Source: Somniosus microcephalus
Taxonomy: Eukaryota
Assembly (NCBI GenBank): GCA_052327205.1
Contig: CM126211.1
Span: forward strand, 25,854,001-25,918,000
Length of the DNA: 64,000 nucleotides
Direction: 5' to 3'
The translations under genes and the position numbers were made by a program. The notes beneath the pieces are model-generated. The model saw only the letters and a program-made list of their open reading frames with translations, was not told where the DNA came from and did not search any database. Positions 53,501-61,749 of the stretch are shown piece by piece; position 1 is the first letter of the stretch; each line of letters starts with the position of its first letter.

Positions 53501-56500
53501 TTACTAACACTTCAGTACATTTCTCAGTTATTCATTTTACTGGCTGATACTTTAAGACATACATTACTGGCTTGTGGTGATTATTCTTTATGTTTAGTAA
53601 GAAGTATTGTGATTGGTTGTTTGTTTCCTGCCTTGGGATATATGCTGTAATCTCATTGGTAGTTGATGTCATGTGATTTGTGGTGGCCATCTTAAATTCA
53701 GTTCTTTCCAGCCTTTAGTTGGGACTGGGTGTTGAAGATGTGCTACAGGCTTTTTAAGTTAATAAAGCCTAGATTAGAAAGGCAAATCTATTCTTTATTT
53801 CAATTTATTAACTTTGTGTCAGAATGGAGCGATATCTTCAACCAGAACGATTCAATGCTGACCCTAATTCTGCAGGAGTGGATGATAAATGGAAACACTG
53901 GTATTGTACATTTAAAAACTTTTTGGGCGTGTTGGATCAAGAGTCTCTAAATAAGCTGAATATGCTGATCAACTACATTGCTCCGGATGTGTATAAGTAT
54001 ATTTTGGACTGTAAAACTTACGAAGTGGCTATTTCTACATTGGAAAAGATTTTTGTTAAACCAAAGAATGAGGTATTTCCACGTCACCTTCTATCTGCCC
54101 ATAGGCAGCAGGTGGGAGAATCTTTGGATACTTATTTACAAGCACTTCGGTGCCTTAGTGTTAACTAATTATAAGGCCGTGACGGCTGAAGAATGTAAGG
54201 AAGAATCGGTACGGGATGCTTTTATTAATGGATTACTGTCTAGATCAATTCGTCAGCGGTTGTTAGAAAATAAGACTTTGGATCTTAAGAGTGCTTTTGA
54301 GCAAGCTTCTACATTGGATGTGGCTCAGAGAAGTTCGGATTCTTATGCTCTTTTTAATCGGCCTGTGACTGTGGTTTCGGCAGTTCCGGATGAAAAGGAA
54401 TTATGTGGACTTAATAGGAGTGGTTTACTAGATTCTGAAACAGTTTCTACTTCAGCGGCTGTTGCCTCTAGGATTCAGAAGTGTTATTTTTGTGGGAACG
54501 TCCGGCACCCTCGTCTGAAGTGTCCTGCTCGGGAGGCTGTGTGTAGTAAATGCGGCGAGAGAGGTCATTACACACGTGTGTGTAAATCATCAGGTTCAAT
54601 TACCTCCTCTGTGACTATTCAGCCTTTAGACAGGGCGTTTATTGCATCAATTTCTGCTGCATTTGCTCATGGCCTAAACAAAGCTATAGTTACGGCCCAA
54701 GTTAATGGGTTGGAAGTGAAGGCCCTTATAGATACGGGCAGTACCGAGAGTTTTATAAGTCTTCAGTTGGCAAAGGAGAAGCATTTGAAAATTTCACCTG
54801 TTTCCTATCAGGTGTGTATGGCTCAGACGACTCTCACTTCACAAGTAGCTGGTTGTTGCCTTGTGAAATTGATTCTTCTAGGTAATACGTATACTGATAT
54901 ACGCCTATCTGTTTTGCCTAATCTCTGTGCGGATATTTTGATTGGTCATGATGTGCTTCAGTTACAAGAGTCTCTCAATCTTTCATTTGGAGGGACTAAG
55001 CCACCTTTATCTATTTGTGGATTAACCTCTATCCATTTCTCCATTATCACTTTTTTCCAATTTGATGCCGGATTGTAAGCCAATTGCTACCAAGTCAAGA
55101 AGGTATAGCAGTCAGGATAGAGAATTTATTAATTCTGAAGTTCAATGTCTCTTATTGGAAGGAATCATTGAACCTAGTTGTTCGCCTTGGCGGGCACAGG
55201 TAGTTGTCACGACTAACGAGAGACATAAGAAACGAATGGTGATAGACTATTCCCAAACTATTAATAGGTATACTCAATTAGATGCGTACCCTTTGCCTAA
55301 GATTGATGAGCTTATCAATAAAGTATCTCAGTATAAGGTTTTTAGCACTATTGACCTAAAGAGTGCTTATCATCAGATTCCTATTGTTAAGAAGGATCAA
55401 CCATATACGGCCTTTGAGGCTGGTGGAAAGCTGTATCAGTTTTGCCGAATACCATTTGGTGTTACTAATGGTGTTGCTTGTTTTCAACGGGCAATGGATG
55501 CTTTTATAAGTGATAACTCCCTCTCTGACACCTTTTCATACTTAGATGACATCACGGTGTGTGGCAAATCAAGGGTGGAGCATGATTCTAATTTAGAAAG
55601 ATTCCTTCAAGCTGCGGAAAAAGTTGGTTTAACTTTCAATAAAGAGAAGTGTACCTTTTCGACCACTGAGGTAAATCTACTGGGGTACATTATCTCGGGA
55701 AACAAGATTAAACCAGACCCAGAACGTCTGCGACCATTGATTGATTTACCTTGTCCTACTAATTCTAAGGCTTTGCAACAAGTTGTTGGACTGTTTTCTT
55801 ACTATTCTAATTGGATTGCAAATTTCTCACAGAAGATCCGGCCTCTTATTCGGGTTACGACATATCCTCTATCATGGGAGGCCAGGACGTGTTTTGATAA
55901 TTTTAAAAAGGATATCCTTGGAGCAGTTGTGCATTCTATTGATGAGCAGGTTCCTTTTGTGATTGAGACGGACGCTTCTGATTTTGCAATTGGGGCTACT
56001 CTGAACCAAAATGGAAGACCTGTGGCCTTTTTCTCACGTACCTTGAACAATAGTGAAAAAAGGCATTCTTCAATAGAGAAAGAGGCGTATGCAATAGTAG
56101 AAGCACTGCGTAAATGGAGACATTATTTATCGGGGCGACATTTTACGTTGGTAACTGATCAAAAGTCTGTGTCCTTTATGTTTGATGTCAAACATTTTGG
56201 AAAGATTAAGAATGATAAAATAATGAGGTGGAGGATTGAGTTGGCATGTTACCATTTTGATATAGTTTATCGTCCGGGGAAGGATAATGTTGCTGCTGAT
56301 GCGCTGTCGAGGGCTTATTGTTCTGTGATTCACGGAGATACGCTTATTAATCTTCACAATGCCTTATGCCATCCTGGGGTTACGAGGATGATACACTTCG
56401 TACGCAGTAAGAATTTGCCCTTTTCAGTTGAAGACGTCAAGCGGATGACTTCATCATGTTCTATCTGTGCTCGGTGTAAACCGAGTTTCTTTAAGCCTCA

Positions 56501-59500
56501 ACGAGCTCATCTTATAAAGGCTACTTCTCCTTTTGAACGTTTGAGCGTCGATTTCAAGGGGCCTCTTCCTTCAACTACTCAAAACTGATATATATTTACT
56601 GTTGTGGATGAGTTTTCAAGGTTCCCTTTTGCTTTTCCTTGCGCAGATGTATCAGCTGCTACAGTTATCAAATGTCTGACTCAACTTTTTGTCATCTTTG
56701 GGATGCCTGCGTATATCCATTCGGATCAGGGAAGTTCTTTTATGTCTTCCCAGTTGAAGGAATACCTTCAGAGTCGGGGAATTTCTACTAGCAGACTACC
56801 CCGTATAATCCCCAGGGTAATGGACAGTGCGAACGATACAATGGGGTGATCTGGAAGGCAGTTATGTTGGCTTTGACATCCTGGAACCTTAAGAATACAC
56901 AGTGGGAAATGGTACTGCCTGATGCCCTGCATTCCATTAGATCATTGCTTTCAACGGCTACTAATGTGACCCCCCATGAAAGGCTCTTTAACTATCCGCG
57001 GAGATCTACTACGGGATATTCGGTACCTTCATGGCTTACTATGCAGGGACCTGTGCTGCTTCGACGCCATGTTAGATTGTCAAAATATGATCCTTTAGTG
57101 GAGGAGGTGGAGCTGTTGGAGGCAAATTCCCAATATGCTCATAATCGATTCCAAGATGGGAAAGAAAGTACCGTTTCAACTAAAGACTTGGCTCCTTGTG
57201 GTGGCCAGCCCTCTTCTGAGGATATTAACAATAGTCATGATTCAGATAATGTGGATGCTGTTACAGATACTACGAATATTTCCAATCCGACTGCAGATAA
57301 TTATACTTCTATTAGTCAGCCTTCGATGGATGTTCATGACCGTCCCAGTTTACCTCCTGATGGGATTTCTAATCCGGAAACCGTTGAAATTCGGGATATG
57401 GATAGCCTTCCTGCAGAAGATACTTCTGTGTCTCCTGGTGTGGGAGGGCAAGGAATTTCACCAAGGTTAAGAAGGTCGACACGAACAAGATATTCGGTCG
57501 ACCGATTGAAAATGGACTTTTAAATTGATAGTAATGTTTTAAAATTGTTGAAATATTATATTATATTGTTTTAGTTGAGAGATACTTAATACTTATGTAC
57601 AATGTTACTATTTGTTGTTGCTCACTTAGTATTGTGTCATGTTGAATAGTTTTATTTTGTCTGTGCATAGTTTTAGTTGTAAATAATTAATTATAAATTG
57701 TAAAGGTTATTTAGGTTGGAGTATATTTTAAAAGGAGGGGTGAATGTGGTGATTATTCTTTATGTTTAGTAAGAAGTATTGTGATTGGTTGTTTGTTTCC
57801 TGCCTTGGGATATATGCTGTAATCTCATTGGTAGTTGATGTCATGTGATTTGTGGTGGCCATCTTAAATTCAGTTCTTCCAGCCTTTAGTTGGGACTGGG
57901 TGTTGAAGATGTGCTACAGGATTTTTAAGTTAATAAAGCCTAGATTAGAAAGGCAAATCTATTCTTTATCTCATGGCTCAATACGAAACAATGGCACATT
58001 GTAAACCCACCCTCCAGGGACTCTGTCTGGTCGCCCACTGCTGACACAACTGGCTCCATAGCCTGTGCAGTCTCCACACACAGTGCAGACCATGCACTGG
58101 TCCAGCTTCCATTTGTGCATTCCAGGGGAGCACATTATGGATTTCTCATCCTTTTCATCCAGCTCCTCTTCCAAATCCTCATCCATTGCTGTTGCCATGT
58201 TTTCCACATTGTAACCTACTTAAAAAAACAAACATGGGTCACTTCATTCACAATATTTCTGCCTAAATTAGTCTTACCATTTATTTAACATCCAATTAAA
58301 ACTGGCCAAGAATAAGACTGTTCACGCCATTAAATGATTGTACAGAATGATTACGTTGAAGTGCCTTTGGATTTTTCCTATTTGTCAAGGTGTGAAATAT
58401 CCAAGGATGTCATCTCATCCCCCAGCATCATCTTCTAGTGAGTCAGCCATCAATAGGTCACTCACCTTGCAAAACTACAATGCTGGGAGACAAGCGCAAG
58501 GCACTGCTCCTAAATGTCATAGCACTGGATATTTGAGGGTCTCAATCACCATGCCAAGTATTAAAGGATGTGGAAATGTGCTCTAACCATTCCAGCACAA
58601 CATCCAATGGGGGAAGAGGCTATTTTTTGTTGCTATTTTCATATTTGACACAACATGGTAAGTGTAACAAGTCTGACTGAGCTCAAAGTATTAGTGCTCA
58701 TCAAAAAAGTTCAGTGAAGCACTAATTGGTTGTCTCAGTCAGAATAGCCATATGGAGAGCTGGTATGGAAAACTGAAATGTTCTGACTCAGAGATTTTCC
58801 CTTCATTTAACTTGCTGGATATTAAAGCTAATGCTGGCTGCAAACATGCTCCAATCGTCAGCATTGACCTTTCTCACCTTATGGAAGAAACACCTACACC
58901 AGTACTTTAAGTTTTAAGTACTTTTGGACAAAGATACATGCTTTTAAAAAAAAAAAAGTACCTGCTACCTTGGAGGAAAGAATTTCAATTTAGAGGGACA
59001 CTGTCTTGTACCACTGACCATTTTCACCTGCACTCAAAGCCGTTCAATGATAACATCCAAGTAGCTTCATACCAGTCTAGGTCCAATCTGGAGGCAACTA
59101 AGTTATAAAACAAATTCGTAATGCCCGCGTATGCAGCATCCATGCCTGAATTAACTTTTCCCATCTTTGGTACCTGTATCCAGGCCAATCCAAAGCACCA
59201 TCGTCCATGAAAACCAATAGTGCTGCCCTGGCACATATCAGTTACCTCCATACTCTTAATTCATTGGTAAGACTACAGGTGCAAATGGAGACTAGAGTGG
59301 ATCTCCATGGCAGGATGCTGACAAAAATCAAAATTCTCTCCTGCTTTAAAAATAATACAACACTTTTACAAAGGTCTCTACCCAAAACATTAACCTTTTC
59401 TCTTTTCAGATGCTGACAGATCTTTGTATTTTCGATTTATAAATCACTTACAATACAAAATACTTTTTACAAGGTAGCAGACTTTACAAAGTTCCTGGCA

Positions 59501-61749
59501 AGAATCCGAGTTTGCTCAAAGGAAACGGATTATACGTAATAGATTCTTTTACCAAAATGGAGTGCTCCCGACAACAAATATGCTTCTCACAAAGAGAAAG
59601 TATGAGCTGCTCCTGAATGACACGGCTTACCTTTCCCCCCTTGACAGAGTGCACCAGTCTCCCTTCCACATTGTCCTTTATTGTTCACACCAAATGTCCA
59701 AACCTCTCCATTCTTGGTCAATACACAGGCATGAGCTTTACCCATGGCTACTTGTGTCACAAAGTGGCCCTTCAACTCAGTCACAAGACCTATTTATAAA
59801 TAAAAGTTTAAGAACATGTGCTTAACCAAATGAAAGATCATTGAAGAAAAAACTTTGGCAGAAAGACAAAATACAAATATTTATGTATTGACCATTTTAG
59901 ATTACCAACCTGAGCTGTCACAGTAAACAGCATCTTTTCCAAACATGTACAGTTCTCCCTCCTTTGTTGTGATAGCGCTGCTTCCATTGTTACATGCTGT
60001 ATAGATTGCAGTTTTACTTTCCATTTTAATCATTTTCTTTGGCTTATAAGGTTTTGGTTGGCGTCTGCTTTTAGCTACAAGGGAGTAGAAAATCTAAGTC
60101 AATAGTTATACATTTCAATTGTAGTATACACATTAATGGTTATGTCTATTTGAAAAGAAAGGCAATTCCAGAGATAATTAGCTCCTCTAGAGCCTGGATT
60201 ATGCTTTGCACTCAGTTTATTTTTAAATCTTAAATGTCCAGGCCTTCTCTAGGGAGGACAGTTGCATGAAAATGATAAGGCTATCAGGAGGAATGGCAGT
60301 ACTTTTGTTTATGCGATGTACCCAGCTGAAAGCATGTTTTCCCCATGGTTAGGTGGTTGTGCATCAGCTTGTAAGCTAGTTTCAAGTGGCAAACCCCAAT
60401 GAAATGAATGGGGCTGCTCCATGGTACAGGTATCTCCACCCCATCACTGACAGCATTGGAAGGCAAACGCCTCCAAATGGGATGTGTTCAGAGAGGGAAA
60501 TTTTAAAGACTTAGTTTTAAAGTGGTACTTATATGTTGTTTCCAATTGTCCATCTCCTCAGGATATCAGAGTAATTTGAACAGACTTTCCTTCAAGACAG
60601 TAATCCAGATAAAAACCAAAAAAAAACCTCCTGGGACAGAGCAGCTAGACCAATGACTTAGAAACTATGATAAAGATTTTTCTATTTTTACTCATCTTAG
60701 ACTAGTAAGATTTTGTGATACTTGTAATCACTTAAAATTGTGTATCCATTTAAACACGGAATGTCAGGAGGTGGTTCTTTTCCCAGAGAATGGTGGGCCT
60801 CTGGAACAGGCTGCCATCTTGTGCGGTGGATGCTGATTCACTGAATTCCTTCACCTGGACCCGTTTCTGGTTGGGGCAGAGATCACCTTATAGAAGGTAG
60901 GTACTGTAGGGAATTCAGGACCCGAGTGATCTTCTGGATTAGTCTGATCACCTAGATGGGTCAGAAAGGAATTTCCCAGATTTTTCCCTCCAAATTGGCC
61001 TGGTTTTTCGCACCTCCCAGGAGATCACTTGGTTTCGGGTGTGGTGGAGTGTATATATTGTGATACACCAGGTATCGCAATTTTGTGGGACAGGCACGAT
61101 GGACCAAGGGGTCTTTACCTGTCAGTCATTGTTTTTATGTTCGTATACCAGGATGTTGCACATTTTTCTATTAAGCAATTTTTTTCATTGTTCATAGCTC
61201 TGAATATGAAACATCAAAACCTTGCATTATTCCTTTTATTTTTTTTAAATTGGCACGGAAGAGTTAACTTTGAAGGATGAGTTCGCATTAAAAGGATCCT
61301 TTTGGAACTCTTCATAAAGTAGGGTTCCATCAAACTCATTTCCATCATTTCCAATAGTGCTAATCATTTTCCTATTTATTGTTGTCATACATGTCTGACT
61401 ACCACTACAATTTTATCTCCCTGCTTTTAGAAGTACTCGTGCCCTGAAATGGCTGAGTAGTTTTATACGCTCATAGCTATTTCATATCAGCAAATGACAC
61501 ACACAAACATTCTTAGTTAAATATGTCCACTTCCAAGCTTGTACCTGATTCACCATCCTCTCCTTTACTAGCCAACCCAGTGAAGAAAACGCTTCCATCT
61601 TCAGCCACCATTAAGGCATGAGAACCATCATGGCCCACAGAGAACTGTACAATCTTTGGTGATTTTGTGATGGGCAGTTCAACCCATTTCCCTGCAGTAG
61701 GACCTCCTTGTTTGATTCCAAGACTCTGATATTTGCCAGTATAATACAT
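4175..61749 (-). CDS. MYCBP2: MYCBP2 E3 ubiquitin ligase, internal part of a multi-exon gene (29 coding exons in window; start and stop lie outside)
   Basis: Exon translations match vertebrate MYCBP2 as I recall it ([63 protein letters not shown]). Splice phases are consistent and exon lengths sum to 4470 nt = 1490 codons. Confidence 0.98.
4516..4616 (-). CDS. MYCBP2: MYCBP2 exon ([18 protein letters not shown]...ANVPK)
   Basis: AG/GT boundaries, 101 nt. Confidence 0.93.
6715..6857 (-). CDS. MYCBP2: MYCBP2 exon ([12 protein letters not shown]...RALAVD)
   Basis: AG/GT boundaries, 143 nt. Confidence 0.93.
7520..8100 (+). mobile_element. Degraded L2 LINE 3' region
   Basis: Pyrimidine-rich; TTAAAATTCTCATC motif shared with the L2 copy at 46930; boundaries approximate. 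Confidence 0.45.
8525..8690 (+). mobile_element. Deu-domain SINE 3' part (SacSINE1/AmnSINE1-like)
   Basis: GCTTGCTGTGCGCAAATTGGCTGCCG...GCGCTATATAAATGCAAG, matching the reverse complement of 52755-52915. Confidence 0.8.
9865..10043 (-). CDS. MYCBP2: MYCBP2 exon, PHR2 end ([13 protein letters not shown]...GQIPQVLYY)
   Basis: AG/GT boundaries, 179 nt. Confidence 0.94.
10267..10398 (-). CDS. MYCBP2: MYCBP2 exon, PHR2 ([17 protein letters not shown]...AVPLK)
   Basis: AG/GT boundaries, 132 nt. Confidence 0.93.
10514..10720 (-). CDS. MYCBP2: MYCBP2 exon, PHR2 start ([10 protein letters not shown]...LEVLVDD)
   Basis: AG/GT boundaries, 207 nt. Confidence 0.94.
11507..11698 (-). CDS. MYCBP2: MYCBP2 exon ([14 protein letters not shown]...ALGSE)
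   Basis: AG/GT boundaries, 192 nt. Confidence 0.93.
11878..11899 (+). repeat. (AT)n microsatellite
   Basis: Direct reading. Confidence 0.9.
12238..12459 (-). CDS. MYCBP2: MYCBP2 exon ([14 protein letters not shown]...MEKLSQ)
   Basis: AG/GT boundaries, 222 nt. Confidence 0.93.
12841..14755 (-). mobile_element. L2 LINE, 5'-truncated, degenerate ORF2
   Basis: Fragments FHLRNIA..PCLS, QGSIFAP..F.IYMLP, IPTKLL are L2-type RT; L2-type 3' tail at 12841-13000. Confidence 0.85.
15573..15847 (-). CDS. MYCBP2: MYCBP2 exon ([12 protein letters not shown]...LLNCLDQ)
   Basis: AG/GT boundaries, 275 nt. Confidence 0.93.
16878..17070 (-). CDS. MYCBP2: MYCBP2 exon ([14 protein letters not shown]...EIYPIS)
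   Basis: AG/GT boundaries, 193 nt. Confidence 0.93.
17558..17585 (+). repeat. G homopolymer (~28 nt)
   Basis: Direct reading; further G runs near 18513-18533, 18621-18638, 21708-21743. Confidence 0.9.
18416..19063. mobile_element. Harbinger-like non-autonomous element with G-rich interior
   Basis: Ends GGCCGGAATTTTA / TAAAATTCCCCACC; ATT on both flanks. Confidence 0.65.
19133..19229 (-). CDS. MYCBP2: MYCBP2 exon ([14 protein letters not shown]...ARTVSV)
   Basis: AG/GT boundaries, 97 nt. Confidence 0.92.
19373..19456 (-). CDS. MYCBP2: MYCBP2 exon, PHR1 end ([27 protein letters not shown])
   Basis: AG/GT boundaries, 84 nt. Confidence 0.94.
19903..20037 (-). CDS. MYCBP2: MYCBP2 exon, PHR1 ([19 protein letters not shown]...ITTDD)
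   Basis: AG/GT boundaries, 135 nt. Confidence 0.94.
22000..22790 (+). mobile_element. Old degraded CR1 RT-to-3' fragment
   Basis: Remnants YINDLD, SKFAD and CR1-type 3' coding sequence with many stops; boundaries approximate. Confidence 0.6.
22791..24624 (-). mobile_element. CR1 LINE 3' half (RT domain), interrupted by a MITE at 23708-24417
   Basis: ORFs give [69 protein letters not shown]. Confidence 0.93.
23708..24417. mobile_element. Harbinger-like MITE (family A), nested in CR1
   Basis: TIR GGCCCAG(T/A)AATT; ATT TSD (23705-23707, 24418-24420); the CR1 frame resumes across it (TKGN|ISKFAD). Confidence 0.9.
24622..24931 (-). mobile_element. Second CR1 3'-end fragment, nested
   Basis: AAGAACATAAGA..GGAGCAGGAG tail as at 22791; runs to TCTAGATTCCC. 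Confidence 0.8.
24932..25703. mobile_element. One-ended Harbinger-like non-autonomous element
   Basis: Right end CAAAATCGCGGCC abuts CR1 ORF2 (EKLNKYF); CpG-rich; no left TIR seen. Confidence 0.6.
25704..27068 (-). mobile_element. CR1 LINE 5' ORF2 (APE endonuclease) fragment
   Basis: ORF 26206-26571 has [31 protein letters not shown]. Confidence 0.92.
27405..27496 (-). CDS. MYCBP2: MYCBP2 exon, PHR1 ([15 protein letters not shown]...YDCAA)
   Basis: AG/GT boundaries, 92 nt. Confidence 0.93.
27912..28455 (+). mobile_element. Penelope-like element remnant with inverted pseudo-LTRs
   Basis: About 120-bp inverted copies (27947-28052 vs 28350-28455); centre encodes [16 protein letters not shown] (GIY-YIG C-terminal type); 13-bp TSD TGAACTTTTATTA (27899-27911, 28456-28468). 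Confidence 0.85.
28353..28389 (+). ncRNA. Minimal type I hammerhead ribozyme motif in the Penelope-like pLTR
   Basis: AGTT-CTGACGA-AGGGTC aca GACCT-GAA-ACGT-T-AACT: full core, stem II, palindromic ACGU stem III, 4-bp stem I. Confidence 0.7.
28491..28618 (-). CDS. MYCBP2: MYCBP2 exon, PHR1 ([17 protein letters not shown]...TAKIK)
   Basis: AG/GT boundaries, 128 nt. Confidence 0.94.
28722..28847 (-). CDS. MYCBP2: MYCBP2 exon ([14 protein letters not shown]...VVNRFE)
   Basis: AG/GT boundaries, 126 nt. Confidence 0.93.
30540..30808 (+). mobile_element. L2 LINE 3' end
   Basis: GCCTTCAGCTGCCTAGGCCCTAAGCTCTGG...GCTATATAAATACAAGTTGTTG, same family as 12841 and 46930. Confidence 0.8.
30925..31097 (-). 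CDS. MYCBP2: MYCBP2 exon ([14 protein letters not shown]...HIL)
   Basis: AG/GT boundaries, 173 nt. Confidence 0.92.
31334..31620 (+). mobile_element. Solo LTR, 287 bp, inserted in a CR1-type tail fragment (31252-31715)
   Basis: TG...CA ends; 5-bp TSD CCCAC (31329-31333, 31621-31625); ATTAAA near 31560; the interrupted repeat resumes after it. Confidence 0.8.
32551..33198. mobile_element. Harbinger-like MITE related to family A
   Basis: Ends GGCCCGTAATTTGCGG / CCGCAAATTCAGGGAT; GC-rich arms around an AT-rich core; shares TAAAAGCAG..GCTTTTAC.AGCGTA with 52153-52190. Confidence 0.7.
34006..34159 (-). CDS. MYCBP2: MYCBP2 exon ([16 protein letters not shown]...YDVIW)
   Basis: AG/GT boundaries, 154 nt. 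Confidence 0.93.
34555..34759 (-). CDS. MYCBP2: MYCBP2 exon ([14 protein letters not shown]...FASRSII); GC donor
   Basis: AG acceptor; donor AG|GCAAGA is needed to give IIG-LVPAS; 205 nt. Confidence 0.9.
34825..35452 (-). mobile_element. Degraded L2 LINE 3' region
   Basis: LLKTHLF motif; similar to 12880-13520. Confidence 0.7.
35979..36096 (-). CDS. MYCBP2: MYCBP2 exon ([12 protein letters not shown]...FTFGSFS)
   Basis: AG/GT boundaries, 118 nt. Confidence 0.93.
36173..36254 (-). CDS. MYCBP2: MYCBP2 exon ([26 protein letters not shown])
   Basis: AG/GT boundaries, 82 nt, RCC1 GQLG motif. Confidence 0.93.
38275..38394 (-). CDS. MYCBP2: MYCBP2 exon ([19 protein letters not shown]...CGFHHS)
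   Basis: AG/GT boundaries, 120 nt. Confidence 0.93.
39320..39650 (-). mobile_element. CR1-type 3' tail fragment
   Basis: GGCCATTCGGCCC tail motif and an RT C-terminal remnant. Confidence 0.6.
43618..43725 (-). CDS. MYCBP2: MYCBP2 exon ([16 protein letters not shown]...KRDKHK)
   Basis: AG/GT boundaries, 108 nt, phase 1-1. Confidence 0.9.
44774..46133 (+). mobile_element. CR1 LINE, 5'-truncated (RT to 3' UTR)
   Basis: ORFs [42 protein letters not shown] with frameshifts; ends TTCTTATGTTATG. Confidence 0.94.
46185..46620 (+). mobile_element. Degraded full-length tRNA-head Deu SINE
   Basis: Colinear but diverged relative to the reverse complement of 52741-53200. Confidence 0.65.
46930..47276 (+). 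mobile_element. L2 LINE 3' end
   Basis: TTTAAAATTCTCATCCTGG...TATATAAATGCAAGTTGTTGTT. Confidence 0.8.
47649..47753 (-). CDS. MYCBP2: MYCBP2 exon ([23 protein letters not shown]...EEVR); alternative acceptor at 47750
   Basis: CAGCAG tandem acceptor, GTATG donor; 105 or 102 nt. Confidence 0.88.
48722..48867 (-). CDS. MYCBP2: MYCBP2 exon ([11 protein letters not shown]...IPLDLLL)
   Basis: AG/GT boundaries, 146 nt. Confidence 0.93.
51714..52395. mobile_element. Harbinger-like MITE (family A), inverted relative to 23708-24417
   Basis: TIR GGCCCAGAAATTCGGGTC / GACCCGAATTTCTGGCCC; ATT TSD (51711-51713, 52396-52398); first ~70 bp match the reverse complement of 24349-24417. Confidence 0.9.
52741..53200 (-). 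mobile_element. Full-length tRNA-derived Deu-domain SINE (SacSINE1-like)
   Basis: A box TGGCTCAGTTGG, B box GGTTCAAGTCC, Deu core, L2-like tail. Confidence 0.85.
53356..53490 (+). mobile_element. Penelope-like pLTR fragment with degenerate hammerhead
   Basis: TTGACGAAAGATCATCGACCTGAAACGTT...TTTCCAGCATTTTCT, homologous to 28353-28455. Confidence 0.75.
53573..53802 (+). repeat. 5' LTR of the Gypsy element
   Basis: 230 bp direct repeat of 57745-57973; AATAAA at 53761. Confidence 0.95.
53824..57523 (+). pseudogene. Disrupted gag-pol polyprotein of the Gypsy element
   Basis: Two zinc knuckles (CYFC..H..C, CSKC..H..C), protease DTGS, RT YLDD, RNase H ETDAS, integrase HHCC and D-D-E; frameshifts near 54165, 55035, 56795 and TGA at 56586. 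Confidence 0.93.
57745..57973 (+). repeat. 3' LTR of the Gypsy element
   Basis: 229 bp, preceded by the PPT and followed by the TSD. Confidence 0.95.
58011..58215 (-). CDS. MYCBP2: MYCBP2 exon ([14 protein letters not shown]...RPDRVPG)
   Basis: AG/GT boundaries, 205 nt, Cys-rich insert. Confidence 0.93.
59631..59789 (-). CDS. MYCBP2: MYCBP2 exon ([19 protein letters not shown]...QGGK)
   Basis: AG/GT boundaries, 159 nt, RCC1 repeat. Confidence 0.93.
59910..60074 (-). CDS. MYCBP2: MYCBP2 exon ([13 protein letters not shown]...KDAVYCDSS)
   Basis: AG/GT boundaries, 165 nt, phase 1-1; not in ORF track. Confidence 0.92.
60745..61145 (+). mobile_element. CR1-type 3' fragment
   Basis: TTCTTTTCCCAGAGAATGGTGGGCCTCTGGAAC (FFSQR.V.LWN) followed by a GATGGACCAAGGGGTCTTT tail. 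Confidence 0.6.
61545..61749 (-). CDS. MYCBP2: MYCBP2 exon (RCC1-like; MYYTGKYQ...GEDGES)
   Basis: AG acceptor 61751-61750, GT donor 61544-61543; 205 nt. Confidence 0.93.

Larger units (their letters stand above)
53573..57973 (+). mobile_element. Full-length Ty3/Gypsy LTR retrotransposon, 4401 bp
   Basis: LTRs 53573-53802 and 57745-57973 (TG...CA; 2 substitutions + 1 indel); 5-bp TSD TGGCT; PPT AAAAGGAGGGG 57730-57740; domain order gag-PR-RT-RH-IN. Confidence 0.97.

Noticed and set aside
54160-55080. Programmed ribosomal frameshifts between the Gypsy ORFs
   Set aside because: The breaks fall mid-gag, at the end of protease and inside the integrase core, and I saw no slippery heptamers at them. 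Small indels explain them better.
59904-59909. Alternative donor GTAAT 4 nt further into the intron
   Set aside because: It would shift the frame relative to the next exon; the donor at 59909 keeps phase.
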